From IMG/VR virus record IMGVR_UViG_3300021400_003144: a stretch of DNA of 64,000 nt. One strand, 5' to 3'. The DNA comes from a virus. Its lineage: Duplodnaviria; Caudoviricetes. The notes below the pieces were generated by a model. It did not search any database and was not told where the DNA came from. It saw only the letters and a list, made by a program, of their open reading frames with translations. A program made the translations under genes and the position numbers. The number at the start of each line of letters is the position of its first letter. The first letter of the stretch is position 1. Of the stretch, positions 9,057-18,880 are shown piece by piece.

Positions 9057-9111
9057 AAATAAGTTGGTATAGTACTAGGAAATTAATCTTAGGCTATACC
9101 AACTTATTTTT
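9057..9111 (+). terminator. Intrinsic terminator closing array 3
   Basis: AAATAAGTTGGTATAG...CTATACCAACTTATTTTT. Confidence 0.75.
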
Positions 9112-9133
9112 GTGTAAAAATTTTAAATTAGTA

Positions 9134-9162
9134 TTGATTTTTATAGATAAAGGTGTTATAAT
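9134..9162 (+). promoter_or_regulatory. SigmaA-type promoter
   Basis: TTGATT-17bp-TATAAT with an extended TG. Confidence 0.75.
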
Positions 9163-9193
9163 ATATTATATAAAATGTATTTGGAGGTAAAAG

Positions 9194-11431
9194 ATGAGAG
9201 TACTTTTATTACTTAGAGGAGCTCCTGGGTGTGGAAAATCAACATTTATTGATTATAATGGTCTTAGACCTTATGCATTATCTGCTGATGAAATTAGGTT
9301 ACTGTGTCAATCTCCTCAGCAAACACCTGATGGTTCTGTTCAGATTGGGGTAAATCATGAGGAAAAGACCTGGCGTATCTTATTTGATTTGCTTGAAGCT
9401 CGTATGGAGAGTGGAGAGTTTACTATTATAGATGCTACGAACTCTAAAACATCTGAAATGAACAGATATAAAGAGATGGCAGATACATACAGATATAGAA
9501 TGTACTGTGTAGATTTTACAGACTTGCCTATTGAAGAGTGTAAAAGACGTAATGCAGGCAGAGAGCCTCTTAAGAGAGTTCCTGATGAAGCAATAGACAA
9601 GATGTATGCTAGGTTTAAGACTCAGAAGATACCTAGTGGTATCAAGGTAATTAAGCCTAGTGAACTTAGTACAATCTGGATGAAGCCTATTGACTTCTCT
9701 AAGTATAATAAGATAGTTCATATTGGAGATATACATGGATGCTATACAGCTTTAAAGGAATACTTTGATAAGAATGATATAGCTGATGAAAATACCTTTT
9801 ATATCTTTACTGGAGATTATATAGACAGAGGTATTGAGAATGTGGAAGTTATGAATTTCCTCTTTGAAGCAGCTAAGAGAAAGAATGTATTTCTTCTTGA
9901 GGGAAATCATGACAGATCTATTCAGATTTATGGTCATGGTGGTGCTTCAAGAAACAAAGAGTTCGAGTTTGGAACTAGGAAGCAGTTCGAGGATGCTCAT
10001 ATAGATACCAAGGAGCTTAGAAATCTTTATAGAAGATTTGGACAGTGTGCTTATTATACATATGATGATAAGACAGTGCTGGTATGCCATGGTGGAGTAG
10101 CTACTGTTCCTGATAACATAACTAAGTTAGCTACATGTCAGTTAATTAATGGTGTAGGCAAGTTTAGTGATGCAGATACTGTTGAAGATACTTGGATGAA
10201 CACTACTGAGAATAATATGTATCAGATACATGGACATAGAAATACTAAAATGAGTCCTATACAGTCAAGAGATAGAGTGTTTAATCTTGATGGTGCTGTA
10301 GAACATGGTGGTGAGCTTAGAATAGTAGAGCTTACTCATGATGGGTTTAAGTGTATAGGTATTAAGAATACAGTCTTTGCAGAAGATGCAAGCTTAGAGA
10401 ATATGTCTGAGTCAAGTGAGGTTGGAGCAAATGATACTGTAGCTGACTTGATTCTTAAGCTGAGAGCTGATAAAAAGAACATTGAAGAAAAGAACTTTGG
10501 ACATATAAGTTCCTTTAACTTTACAAGAGATGCCTTTATAAACAAAGATAATTGGAATAGCAGAACTGTAAAAGCTAGAGGCTTATATATTGATGTAGAT
10601 AAGCAGAAGATTGCAGCTAGGTCATTTGATAAGTTCTTTAATGTAAATGAAATGCCATTTACTAAGTTTGATATGCTTAAGAACAAGCTTAAATTCCCAG
10701 TGAAAGCCTATGTAAAAGAAAATGGTTTCCTAGGTATTGTAGCATATGATGAATATGGTGACTATGAGGATAACCTGATTGTAACAAGTAAGTCAAGCAT
10801 AACTGGAGATTTTTCAGGCTGGTTAAGAGATATGCTGAACAGAAAGACAGAGTATGATACTCGTAAGAAGATGGCTGAGTTCTGTAAGGCTAATGATTGT
10901 AGCTTGGTATTTGAATGTGTAGACATGGGTAATGACCCTCATATCATTGAATATCCTGAGTCTGAGCTGTATCTGCTTGCTTGTGTAAATAATGAGATTG
11001 AGTTCAAGCAGATGAGCTATAATAAGCTTGAGAAGTTAGGAAGAGAGCTTGGACTTAAGGTTAAGACATTGGCTTATACTCTTAATAATTGGAGTGAGTT
11101 CTATGATTGGTATACAGAGGTCAATGCTGATGACTATAAGTTTAATGATAGAATCATTGAGGGTTTTGTAATTGAAGATGCTTCAGGATTTATGACAAAG
11201 ATTAAGCTTAGCTACTATCAGTTCTGGAAACACATGAGAGCTGTAGCTAGAGAAACATTACGCTATGGTTATATAAGAAAAACTGGTGCATTGACAGATG
11301 AAACATCTAATATGTTCTATGGATTCTGTAGAAATCTATATAATGAGGCAGGAAGTCCTGTTATGAGAGACCTTATACCTAGAGATATAGTCTATCTCAG
11401 AAAGAGATTCTATGATAGTTTAAAGAAGTAA
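9194..11431 (+). CDS. Polynucleotide kinase / metallophosphatase / RNA ligase fusion (Pnkp-like RNA repair)
   Basis: P-loop GAPGCGKS and DATN. Phosphoesterase motifs GDIHG, GDYIDRG, GNHD, HGG and HGH. Ligase motifs KENGFLG, EGFV and KIK. Confidence 0.9.
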   Translation: MRVLLLLRGAPGCGKSTFIDYNGLRPYALSADEIRLLCQSPQQTPDGSVQIGVNHEEKTWRILFDLLEARMESGEFTIIDATNSKTSEMNRYKEMADTYRYRMYCVDFTDLPIEECKRRNAGREPLKRVPDEAIDKMYARFKTQKIPSGIKVIKPSELSTIWMKPIDFSKYNKIVHIGDIHGCYTALKEYFDKNDIADENTFYIFTGDYIDRGIENVEVMNFLFEAAKRKNVFLLEGNHDRSIQIYGHGGASRNKEFEFGTRKQFEDAHIDTKELRNLYRRFGQCAYYTYDDKTVLVCHGGVATVPDNITKLATCQLINGVGKFSDADTVEDTWMNTTENNMYQIHGHRNTKMSPIQSRDRVFNLDGAVEHGGELRIVELTHDGFKCIGIKNTVFAEDASLENMSESSEVGANDTVADLILKLRADKKNIEEKNFGHISSFNFTRDAFINKDNWNSRTVKARGLYIDVDKQKIAARSFDKFFNVNEMPFTKFDMLKNKLKFPVKAYVKENGFLGIVAYDEYGDYEDNLIVTSKSSITGDFSGWLRDMLNRKTEYDTRKKMAEFCKANDCSLVFECVDMGNDPHIIEYPESELYLLACVNNEIEFKQMSYNKLEKLGRELGLKVKTLAYTLNNWSEFYDWYTEVNADDYKFNDRIIEGFVIEDASGFMTKIKLSYYQFWKHMRAVARETLRYGYIRKTGALTDETSNMFYGFCRNLYNEAGSPVMRDLIPRDIVYLRKRFYDSLKK

Positions 11432-11518
11432 GATGATGTAAAGATTGTGGTCTTGTTATGAAATTAAATTGAACATTGTTTCATAACAAGACCATTTTTA
11501 GATTTAGGGTAGGACATT

Positions 11519-11809
11519 ATGAATAAGGCATTGTTGAAAAAGAGAATAGTAATTGGAATGTTGATATTTGGACTATTGCCTTTTATGCTAATAGCAGGTT
11601 GCTTGATATATGATGCTTTTGATGGTGTAGCTGAGTTTAGTCTATTCATTCCACCTAATAAATGGTACTATGGGTTGGATGCAATAAGGTATGAGTTATT
11701 CTGGGTGTGGGTATTTATGTGTGCATATTGGTATATAAGTATTCCTTGGGTTGTTATATTTATAGCAATTCCTATTGGTTATATTCTATTTATAAGGAGT
11801 AAGGAATGA
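11519..11809 (+). CDS. Small membrane protein
   Basis: Hydrophobic 96 aa ORF in an operon. Confidence 0.65.
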   Translation: MNKALLKKRIVIGMLIFGLLPFMLIAGCLIYDAFDGVAEFSLFIPPNKWYYGLDAIRYELFWVWVFMCAYWYISIPWVVIFIAIPIGYILFIRSKE

Positions 11810-12270
11810 AAATAAAAGTAAGAGATATCATGGTTGGCTTAATAATGGGAGTTATGTTATTTTATATAGATATCGTAATGTATGATATTTATTCAAAGAG
11901 TGAGATAAGTGACCATTTAAGTGAAACAGAGTTTTTACTTAGGGAAAATAATGTTGGTTTAAGTGTAGTTACTAGAAATGAAGAAAAGAAAGCTGACCTT
12001 GATGATTTAAGTCTGTATGAAATATTGGAAGAAACAGGTAAGATAAAGTATAATCTTAAAGTTGGTGATAAAACATATGAATTACAGAGTATAGCTGATA
12101 AAGTTGTTAATGATGATGTAATAAGCCTAGAAGAAATTACTGATTCTAGAAGAAAAGAAATAAGTGACATGGTAGGTAAGTTTGATAGCATGTGGGGCAA
12201 TGTTACTATATTTTCAATACTGTTAGGATTAATAGTTGGTACATTTGCATCAGTACGAGGATTAATATAA
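11806..12270 (+). CDS. Membrane protein, paralog of 12306-12836
   Basis: Shares EFxLR, DLDxL, YELxSIxDK and ISLxExTDxRRKE. Confidence 0.75.
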   Translation: MKIKVRDIMVGLIMGVMLFYIDIVMYDIYSKSEISDHLSETEFLLRENNVGLSVVTRNEEKKADLDDLSLYEILEETGKIKYNLKVGDKTYELQSIADKVVNDDVISLEEITDSRRKEISDMVGKFDSMWGNVTIFSILLGLIVGTFASVRGLI

Positions 12271-12305
12271 AAGATAGCTTGAACATTTGATATGGGGGAT
12301 AAACA

Positions 12306-12836
12306 ATGAGTAAAGAGAATTTATCAGTAACTGGGCAAGACATATATATTGGGATTGTATTTGGAGGGTTATGTTCACTAATATTTATAATAGGTTTTGC
12401 ACTTGGAATGCCTATGGACATTAGCAATAAGCTAAATGCATCAGAGTTTTATCTTAGAGGAAATACAAATAAGTTAAACATAATTATGAATGGAGAAACA
12501 GAGGCTGTGGATCTTGATAATTTGACTGTGTATTATAAGTTAGATGAACAAGATGCAGAAAAAGATGCAATAAAGTATGAGCTTATGGCTGGAGAGAAAA
12601 GATATGAGCTGTCAAGTATAAAGGATAAGATTATTGATGGTAAAATAATAAGCTTAGATGAATTTACTGATGCTAGAAGGAAAGAATTAAGTGACTTTAT
12701 AAAAAATGAGTTTAAGAGTATGTATAAATACACATTCATTACGTGGGGATTGGGAGCTGTAGTTGGGGCTATAATAAACATTATACTTAGTTTAAAGGAT
12801 GAGTCAAAGGAAGAATCAAAAAATGGATCTGACTAA
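12306..12836 (+). CDS. Membrane protein, paralog of 11806-12270
   Basis: Same shared motifs. Confidence 0.75.
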   Translation: MSKENLSVTGQDIYIGIVFGGLCSLIFIIGFALGMPMDISNKLNASEFYLRGNTNKLNIIMNGETEAVDLDNLTVYYKLDEQDAEKDAIKYELMAGEKRYELSSIKDKIIDGKIISLDEFTDARRKELSDFIKNEFKSMYKYTFITWGLGAVVGAIINIILSLKDESKEESKNGSD

Positions 12837-13071
12837 ACTAATAACTGACTTTCATACAGGAAAGTGCTTCTGTGCAAAGGGTAAAGATAAGAACTTTAAT
12901 GAAGTATACCTAACCAGATTGAGTAATTTATTGCTTGTAGAAGTTAATAATAGCATAATAGATTTGAATGCAGACTTTGATATAGATAGAAAATCATTGA
13001 TAAGATTGAGAGATAAGCTTATTGAAAATAAAGTTGACATATTAACATTGAATTTTGATAAAGAGGTTTGA
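12799..13071 (+). CDS. Hypothetical protein
   Basis: ORF fills the gap in the operon. True start may be a little downstream. Confidence 0.55.
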   Translation: MSQRKNQKMDLTKLITDFHTGKCFCAKGKDKNFNEVYLTRLSNLLLVEVNNSIIDLNADFDIDRKSLIRLRDKLIENKVDILTLNFDKEV

Positions 13072-13080
13072 GAGGTTGAC

Positions 13081-13779
13081 ATGGGTTATACAGATGAGTG
13101 GACATTGGAAAAAATTAAATACTGTATAGATATGTCAAATATGTTTGGTAAGGTATATAAACTAAAAACTGGATGTACTTTAAATATTTTAAATGAAGAT
13201 GTTAGTATACTGAGTGTACCTGATGATGTATATGACATTGGTTATACTTCATTGGCTATTGGAGAATTTGATATACAGTGTAAAACTCTTATAGTAGTTG
13301 GAGGAGTCAATGTTTTTAGTATGAATTATGCTTTTGCTAATAATGTAAGTATAAAAAGAATTGACCTTAGATTCTTTGATATGCAGAAAATATGGAGTAT
13401 GAGTAGTGCATTTGCAGGGTGTATTAATCTAGAAGAGATATTATTTGGGCAGTATGAGTTACATAAATTAAGCTCAATGTCAAGAGCATTTAATGATTGT
13501 AGGTCTTTAAGAGAATTGGATTTGCAATGTGTTTATACAGATGATACTCCAGTAGCAATTGATGCAACATTTGGTAGATGTTATAGGCTAGAGAGATTGA
13601 ATTTAAAGAACATAAGTAATCTAAAATTAGACACTGGAGGTTATTATTATAACTTTTTACATGATTGTGTTAATCTAAAAGAAGTTATCAGTGACAATGA
13701 GATTATTAGTAATGTTTGGAAAAAGCATTTAAAATATATGAAAAACATTAAGGCTGAAAGAGATGCCCTAATGGGTTAA
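13081..13779 (+). CDS. DUF285/BspA-like leucine-rich repeat protein
   Basis: MxxAFxxCxxLxxLDL repeats. N-terminus MxYTDEWT shared with the next gene. Confidence 0.8.
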   Translation: MGYTDEWTLEKIKYCIDMSNMFGKVYKLKTGCTLNILNEDVSILSVPDDVYDIGYTSLAIGEFDIQCKTLIVVGGVNVFSMNYAFANNVSIKRIDLRFFDMQKIWSMSSAFAGCINLEEILFGQYELHKLSSMSRAFNDCRSLRELDLQCVYTDDTPVAIDATFGRCYRLERLNLKNISNLKLDTGGYYYNFLHDCVNLKEVISDNEIISNVWKKHLKYMKNIKAERDALMG

Positions 13780-13799
13780 AGAAGTTTAAGGGGATTGGC

Positions 13800-14561
13800 A
13801 TGAGTTATACAGATGAATGGACATGTGATAGAATTAAATACATAGCTGAAACATCAAGATGCATGAGTGATGGATACATTATTGATGATGGTGTTACTCT
13901 AAATATTATAAATAAATCTGTTGCTTTAATAGACGTGCATGATAATGTAGCTAAGCTAAAACAATTGTTTTTTGAGATAGAGAGACTTTATAACACTGAG
14001 TGTAAAGTTAGAGAGTTTATGAATAGCTCTGATACAACGATTATAGTGCATGGTGGTCATAATGTTACATCTATGAATAAGTCTTTTAGACTGCATAGAA
14101 TACATATTTCTAATGACAGAGTATACTGTCCTATAAGATTTGACCTCAGATGTTTTGATATGAGAAACGTTAGCCATATGATGAGTACATTTGAGAATTG
14201 TGGTGATACACAGGAGATTTTATTTGGTACTGATAAAGTAAGTAAAATACAAGATATGATGGACACTTTTAGAGATTGCTATTCATTACAAAAGTTAGAC
14301 TTACAGTGTATACATACAGATTGTATAGTACCAGAACTATGGAGAGTATTTGAAAGATGCTATAGTATAGAAGAAATAAACATGCCTAATTTTACTAATG
14401 CAATAATTAATCACTATGGTCAGATATTTGATAACTGCAGAAGTTTAAAGGTTTTGAATTGTCCTAATATAAGGATTAATAAGATTTGGAAAAAAGCTAT
14501 TGAGCATGTAAAAGAATTAGATGCATATTGTGAGTATTATGATTCTATAAATAGAAAATAA
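13800..14561 (+). CDS. DUF285/BspA-like LRR protein, tandem paralog
   Basis: MMxTFxxCxxLxxLDLQC repeats. Confidence 0.8.
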   Translation: MSYTDEWTCDRIKYIAETSRCMSDGYIIDDGVTLNIINKSVALIDVHDNVAKLKQLFFEIERLYNTECKVREFMNSSDTTIIVHGGHNVTSMNKSFRLHRIHISNDRVYCPIRFDLRCFDMRNVSHMMSTFENCGDTQEILFGTDKVSKIQDMMDTFRDCYSLQKLDLQCIHTDCIVPELWRVFERCYSIEEINMPNFTNAIINHYGQIFDNCRSLKVLNCPNIRINKIWKKAIEHVKELDAYCEYYDSINRK

Positions 14562-14588
14562 TCTTAAAGATAAATGGATTGGACTATA

Positions 14589-14895
14589 ATTAAAAATTGA
14601 TTGAGCAGTGGTAAATTTTTGAATGGGCATTGCAAAGAAGCATTGAGGTAAAAATTGATAGCAGTGAGGGTGTTTTCAAACAAATTTAAAAATAAAATTT
14701 TGTAGGATAAGTTGGAGGTAAGGTGTATTAATTATTTTGTCTTTTGAAAAAATTGGGGGCAGTGCAAAGATACAGTGACGAAAAATTGAGGTAGCAGTGG
14801 GTGCAAAAAATTGAGTTTTTGGTTGGTTGAAAATTTCCGAGTTTATTTATAAAAACAAATGTTCAAGAAAAATAAATAAAAACAAATGTTTTGAA
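14589..14895. repeat. Non-coding repeated element, copy A
   Basis: Iterated AAAAATTG...CAGTG units, GTTGAAAATTTCCGA and paired AAACAAATGTT. These are shared with 52990-53195 and 61896-62105. Confidence 0.7.
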
Positions 14896-14915
14896 ATAAA
14901 AGATGAAAAATAGTA

Positions 14916-14944
14916 TTGACGAAATAGGTTATGAGTGTTAATAT
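14916..14944 (+). promoter_or_regulatory. SigmaA-type promoter
   Basis: TTGACG-17bp-TAATAT with an extended TG. Confidence 0.6.
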
Positions 14945-14985
14945 ATAAAAGTAAGTTAAATAAAGATTTTGAGAGGGAAATAAAA

Positions 14986-15198
14986 ATGATAGCTATGATT
15001 AGCACTTTGATGCTCATGATATTTATAGGAATTAGCATAATGACTTTTGTTCTTAAGCTTGTATATAAAGCTTTCAGTCTGGCTATATCTGGAATGAGCT
15101 TTGGAGTTCAGGTTGTAGCTAAGATAGCATTTTTAGTACCTGTTATAATAGCAGCAATTTACTGCACTAAATTATTGGGAAATGGATTTATAGCTTAA
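14986..15198 (+). CDS. Small membrane protein
   Basis: Hydrophobic ORF. Start moved to the ATG after the GAGGG RBS because the track start overlaps the promoter. Confidence 0.6.
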   Translation: MIAMISTLMLMIFIGISIMTFVLKLVYKAFSLAISGMSFGVQVVAKIAFLVPVIIAAIYCTKLLGNGFIA

Positions 15199-15527
15199 TA
15201 GAATTGGAGTAATCAATGATTAAAATTAAGAAAATCAAGAAGAAGTCTGATGGAACCACATTATATAACTGTATGAACTGTTGTAATAAACAAGCTGATT
15301 ATGATATGTTCATTGGAACAATACATCTGACAGTCTGTAAGGATTGTATTAAGCAGGTAAAAGATAACATACTTGATGTTGTTGTAGAGTAAAGAGAAGG
15401 CGGTAGGCTGAGTTGATGTTTAAGGAGGCTTTTGGTCTCCTTTTTAATTTGTAAGTATAACTTTGATATAAATTTAGGCTGTAAAGTGTAAATAGTTATA
15501 AAATTAACAAATAGGAGGTAATTTTTT

Positions 15528-16274
15528 ATGAGTAAGAAACTTAAAAGAAGCATAGAGTCATTTTTTATAGCCCTTGTATTTCTCATAATGATAGCTCCTA
15601 TTGCTATGGTGTTCTCTGAGTGGAAAAATATTAGCATAGCTGAACTTGAAGCCATTAGTGGTTGGGCTCAGACAGTTATGATTATGTCAATAGCAATACC
15701 ATTTATATTAGTGATATATAGTAAGTTAACTAAGAGTTTATGTAGCTACTTCGGTATGCTAGTGCTGAGCATTGGTTTAATGATAGCTACTATACCCTCT
15801 GCTCTATCAAATATAGAAAAAATACCTATAGGATATAAGAATGTGCGTGCTAGGGGTGGAGTTATAACAGTTGATAGTGTTGATGAAGCTACCTATAATA
15901 ACTGGTTAGGCAATAGAGATATAGAGTTTTTCATTGGTAAGAATAAGGCTGAAGAATTTGTTATAGATAGTGTAGCAGAGTTAAATGAACTTGGAGCTGA
16001 ATGGATAGATGATAAGCTAGTAGTAAATTCAGAGAAGTTCAGTGATGAATATAGATTAACATGGTTAAAGAGAGGAATAAGCAGAAGTTTGTTAGCTTCA
16101 TACATATTGATTTTATTTGAACTTTTAGAATTTATAGCATGGAGGTATATAAATAAAAAGTTAGAAGCTGGAGATACAGTATTAGGCATTAAATCAGAGA
16201 GTGAAACAGATGATAATAATGTAAAAACTGTGAGAAAACAATTAGAAGCAATGAGTAAAATAGCAACTCGTTAA
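15528..16274 (+). CDS. Multi-pass membrane protein
   Basis: 4 hydrophobic segments, AGGAGG RBS. Confidence 0.75.
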   Translation: MSKKLKRSIESFFIALVFLIMIAPIAMVFSEWKNISIAELEAISGWAQTVMIMSIAIPFILVIYSKLTKSLCSYFGMLVLSIGLMIATIPSALSNIEKIPIGYKNVRARGGVITVDSVDEATYNNWLGNRDIEFFIGKNKAEEFVIDSVAELNELGAEWIDDKLVVNSEKFSDEYRLTWLKRGISRSLLASYILILFELLEFIAWRYINKKLEAGDTVLGIKSESETDDNNVKTVRKQLEAMSKIATR

Positions 16275-16287
16275 ATATAGAGTCTAA

Positions 16288-16322
16288 ATACACTAACCTG
16301 TTAAAAGGGTTAGTGTATTTTT
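16288..16322 (+). terminator. Intrinsic terminator
   Basis: ATACACTAACC...GGTTAGTGTAT followed by a T tract. Confidence 0.75.
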
Positions 16323-16420
16323 ATGTATAAACTAAATGTCTTGTTGAATAGCATTATAAGCTAGTAAATAGTAGTTATTAAATTTTAAAATAAAATTTTA
16401 AGTTTATTTATGGGGGCAAC

Positions 16421-18718
16421 ATGAGCAAGACATTAGACTTTAGTAAAGATAAGGAGCTTATAAGACAGGATAGTACTGGTGAATATATAGAAGTAACATT
16501 AAATGTTAAGAAAGCTTTTGGAAAAGGTCGGTTATATAGTGATGGTAGCATGCTGATAGAAGAAGGACACTATAAAGCATGTGTACCTAGTGCAAATGAA
16601 GTATTCAAAAAGGCATACAGAAGTGACTTAGGTTTAAATGCAGATTCTGATGGTGATATTAAAAATATAAGAGTTGGAAGTGCATCAGGAGCAGCTAATA
16701 TCTTAGTGGGTGGTTTAAGTTCAGGTTATATTGTTTGGAAAGACAAGAAAGATAGGATTGTAGACTTTTATAGAGATACACATAATGAAAAAAGTGAAAC
16801 ACCTAAGAAAAGAGTAATTGCAGAGGTATTAGACCAAAAACCTCGTAGAAAGAATATAGGAACAGAAGGAAAGCCTTTAGAGACACTTGTAAATCCTGAT
16901 GTAAAGCAGATATTAGGTGATAAAGTTCATCTTGAAGAAGGTGATGAACTTACATGGTATAGAGATGCAAATATAAATATAATATGGCATACAGATGGCT
17001 CCTGTGATTTATTTGAGAGGGAGCACATAGGGATTTGTGGGGCTGTCTTTAGGATAGTGTATGGACACTGGAGAGGTAAGGGTGAGCATGGTTCTGGAAT
17101 GGAGCCTCAGCATTGGATATATAAAGGTATCAAAGTTTCTGATATTTTAAATGTTTATCCTAATTTTTGGAAAGCATGCGAAAATAGCCTAGATTATGGA
17201 GATAACACAGAAGCTGAGGATAACAGGAGTTATGAAATGGGCAGAACAAGCAATAAAGAAGCAGTTGATAAAGAAGGTGTAACTAAAGAAGCTGTTAGGC
17301 AACCTAAGTATTACTATGAGTCAACTAGGCTAAAATATAGAACAACAAATTCTGATGTACAATGCAGTGCTGTTAGAGATATTAATAAGATAAAAAGTCA
17401 ACTGTTTTATGAAGGTAGCAATAGCAATCAAGACACACCTTGGAAAATAGCAGAAGATATGATAGACCTACTTCCAGAAAGTGTATGGAATCCTCATACA
17501 AAGTTCTTAGACATCTATTGTAAGAGTGGTATATTCTTAGAAGTTATAAAGAATACACTTAAAGATAAATGTTATGAACAGTATAGAGAAATGGGATTAG
17601 CAACAGATACAGAGATAAACAAGTATATATTTGAGAATCAATTATATGGATTATGTTGGTCAAAAAGAAATTATGAATATACAGCTGAGAGTTTATTCAT
17701 GGTTAGAAGTCCTATGAATAGCTATAATATAAAGAAGTTAAGTGAAGTACTTAAGGCAGAAGAAAATACAGAAATATTAAAAGATGAACATGACGGAAAT
17801 ACGGATGAATACATAAAGAGAGATTATGTAACATTGGGATTGATTAAGAAATACAGGAAAAAGAATGAATATACAGGAGAAGATGAAATGACAATAGATG
17901 TAGTAGTAGGAAATCCGCCATATAACAAAGATATATACATTGACTTTGTAGAGAATGGGCATAAGATTGCAAGACAATACTGCTGTTTCATAACACCTGC
18001 CAAGTGGCAAGCCAAAGGTGGAGAAAAGAACGAGTCATTTCGTAAGAATATAGTTCCTCACATGAGTAAGATCGTTTATTATCCTAACACACCAGATGTA
18101 TTCTTTATAGGGGAAGCTGCTGGAATATCAGCATACAGAATAGATAAAGAAATATATGAAAAGAAAAAATTAGTTGTTAAAAGTAGCATACCAATTCTTA
18201 GGGGTAGCTGTGAGTTAACACATGATATGCCATTAGATATATGTGGGTGGAATATTATTAACAAAGTAAAAGGAAAAAGGATGTCTCTCAAAAATTATAA
18301 CACTGATAAGAAGTATAAAGTTTGGGTTAATAATCTTGTTGGACTTAGTGGTGGAGGCGGAGATTGGCACACATGTCTGTTTTCCAGAGACGGAAAGACT
18401 AATTTTTTAGGGAAGGTATCTTTATCAACATGTCTAGAAGAAGAAAAGAAAATGACTTTTAATCAGAAATGCTGTTTTTCATCAGACACTAAGATAGCAT
18501 GTGAAGCATTTAAGGCATATATATATACAAGGCTAGTTAGATTCTTACTTTATATAGGAAGGTGTGGTAACTCTGTAACAAATGATGAGACATGGCGTTT
18601 CGTCCCCGATCCAGGTGCATTTGACCACATCTTCACCGACCAAGAGTTATACACTAAATATAAATTGACTCAAGAAGAAATCAATGTAATTGAGTCAGTT
18701 ATAAAGGAGCGTAAGTAA
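16421..18718 (+). CDS. Eco57I-like N6-adenine DNA methyltransferase with N-terminal DUF4357-like domain
   Basis: Motif I FLDIYCKSG, motif IV VVGNPPYN, ITPAKW and C-terminal WRFVPDP...FTDxELY. N-terminal SASGAA..GGLSSGYIVWKD resembles DUF4357. Confidence 0.82.
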   Translation: MSKTLDFSKDKELIRQDSTGEYIEVTLNVKKAFGKGRLYSDGSMLIEEGHYKACVPSANEVFKKAYRSDLGLNADSDGDIKNIRVGSASGAANILVGGLSSGYIVWKDKKDRIVDFYRDTHNEKSETPKKRVIAEVLDQKPRRKNIGTEGKPLETLVNPDVKQILGDKVHLEEGDELTWYRDANINIIWHTDGSCDLFEREHIGICGAVFRIVYGHWRGKGEHGSGMEPQHWIYKGIKVSDILNVYPNFWKACENSLDYGDNTEAEDNRSYEMGRTSNKEAVDKEGVTKEAVRQPKYYYESTRLKYRTTNSDVQCSAVRDINKIKSQLFYEGSNSNQDTPWKIAEDMIDLLPESVWNPHTKFLDIYCKSGIFLEVIKNTLKDKCYEQYREMGLATDTEINKYIFENQLYGLCWSKRNYEYTAESLFMVRSPMNSYNIKKLSEVLKAEENTEILKDEHDGNTDEYIKRDYVTLGLIKKYRKKNEYTGEDEMTIDVVVGNPPYNKDIYIDFVENGHKIARQYCCFITPAKWQAKGGEKNESFRKNIVPHMSKIVYYPNTPDVFFIGEAAGISAYRIDKEIYEKKKLVVKSSIPILRGSCELTHDMPLDICGWNIINKVKGKRMSLKNYNTDKKYKVWVNNLVGLSGGGGDWHTCLFSRDGKTNFLGKVSLSTCLEEEKKMTFNQKCCFSSDTKIACEAFKAYIYTRLVRFLLYIGRCGNSVTNDETWRFVPDPGAFDHIFTDQELYTKYKLTQEEINVIESVIKERK

Positions 18719-18756
18719 TATGTATTAATAATTAATTTATACATAGAATAAAAAGA

Positions 18757-18838
18757 GTACCCCTTATAATGGGGATTGAATATATTTTTTATACAGCTCT
18801 TCATCTGTGAAAATAGAACCCTCGTTGGGGATTGAATT
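18757..18838 (+). CRISPR. CRISPR mini-array 4 (2 repeats, 1 spacer)
   Basis: GTACCCCTTATAATGGGGATTGAA at 18757 and GAACCCTCGTTGGGGATTGAA at 18816, separated by a 35-nt spacer. Confidence 0.85.
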
Positions 18839-18880
18839 TATTATAGGTAATAACATTAAGTTTGGGAGGAAAGTTTAAGT

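Noticed and set aside
16288-16322. AACCTGTTAAAAGGG resembling a CRISPR repeat
   Set aside because: It lacks the CCC stem and ATTG tag, and is fully explained as a terminator hairpin.
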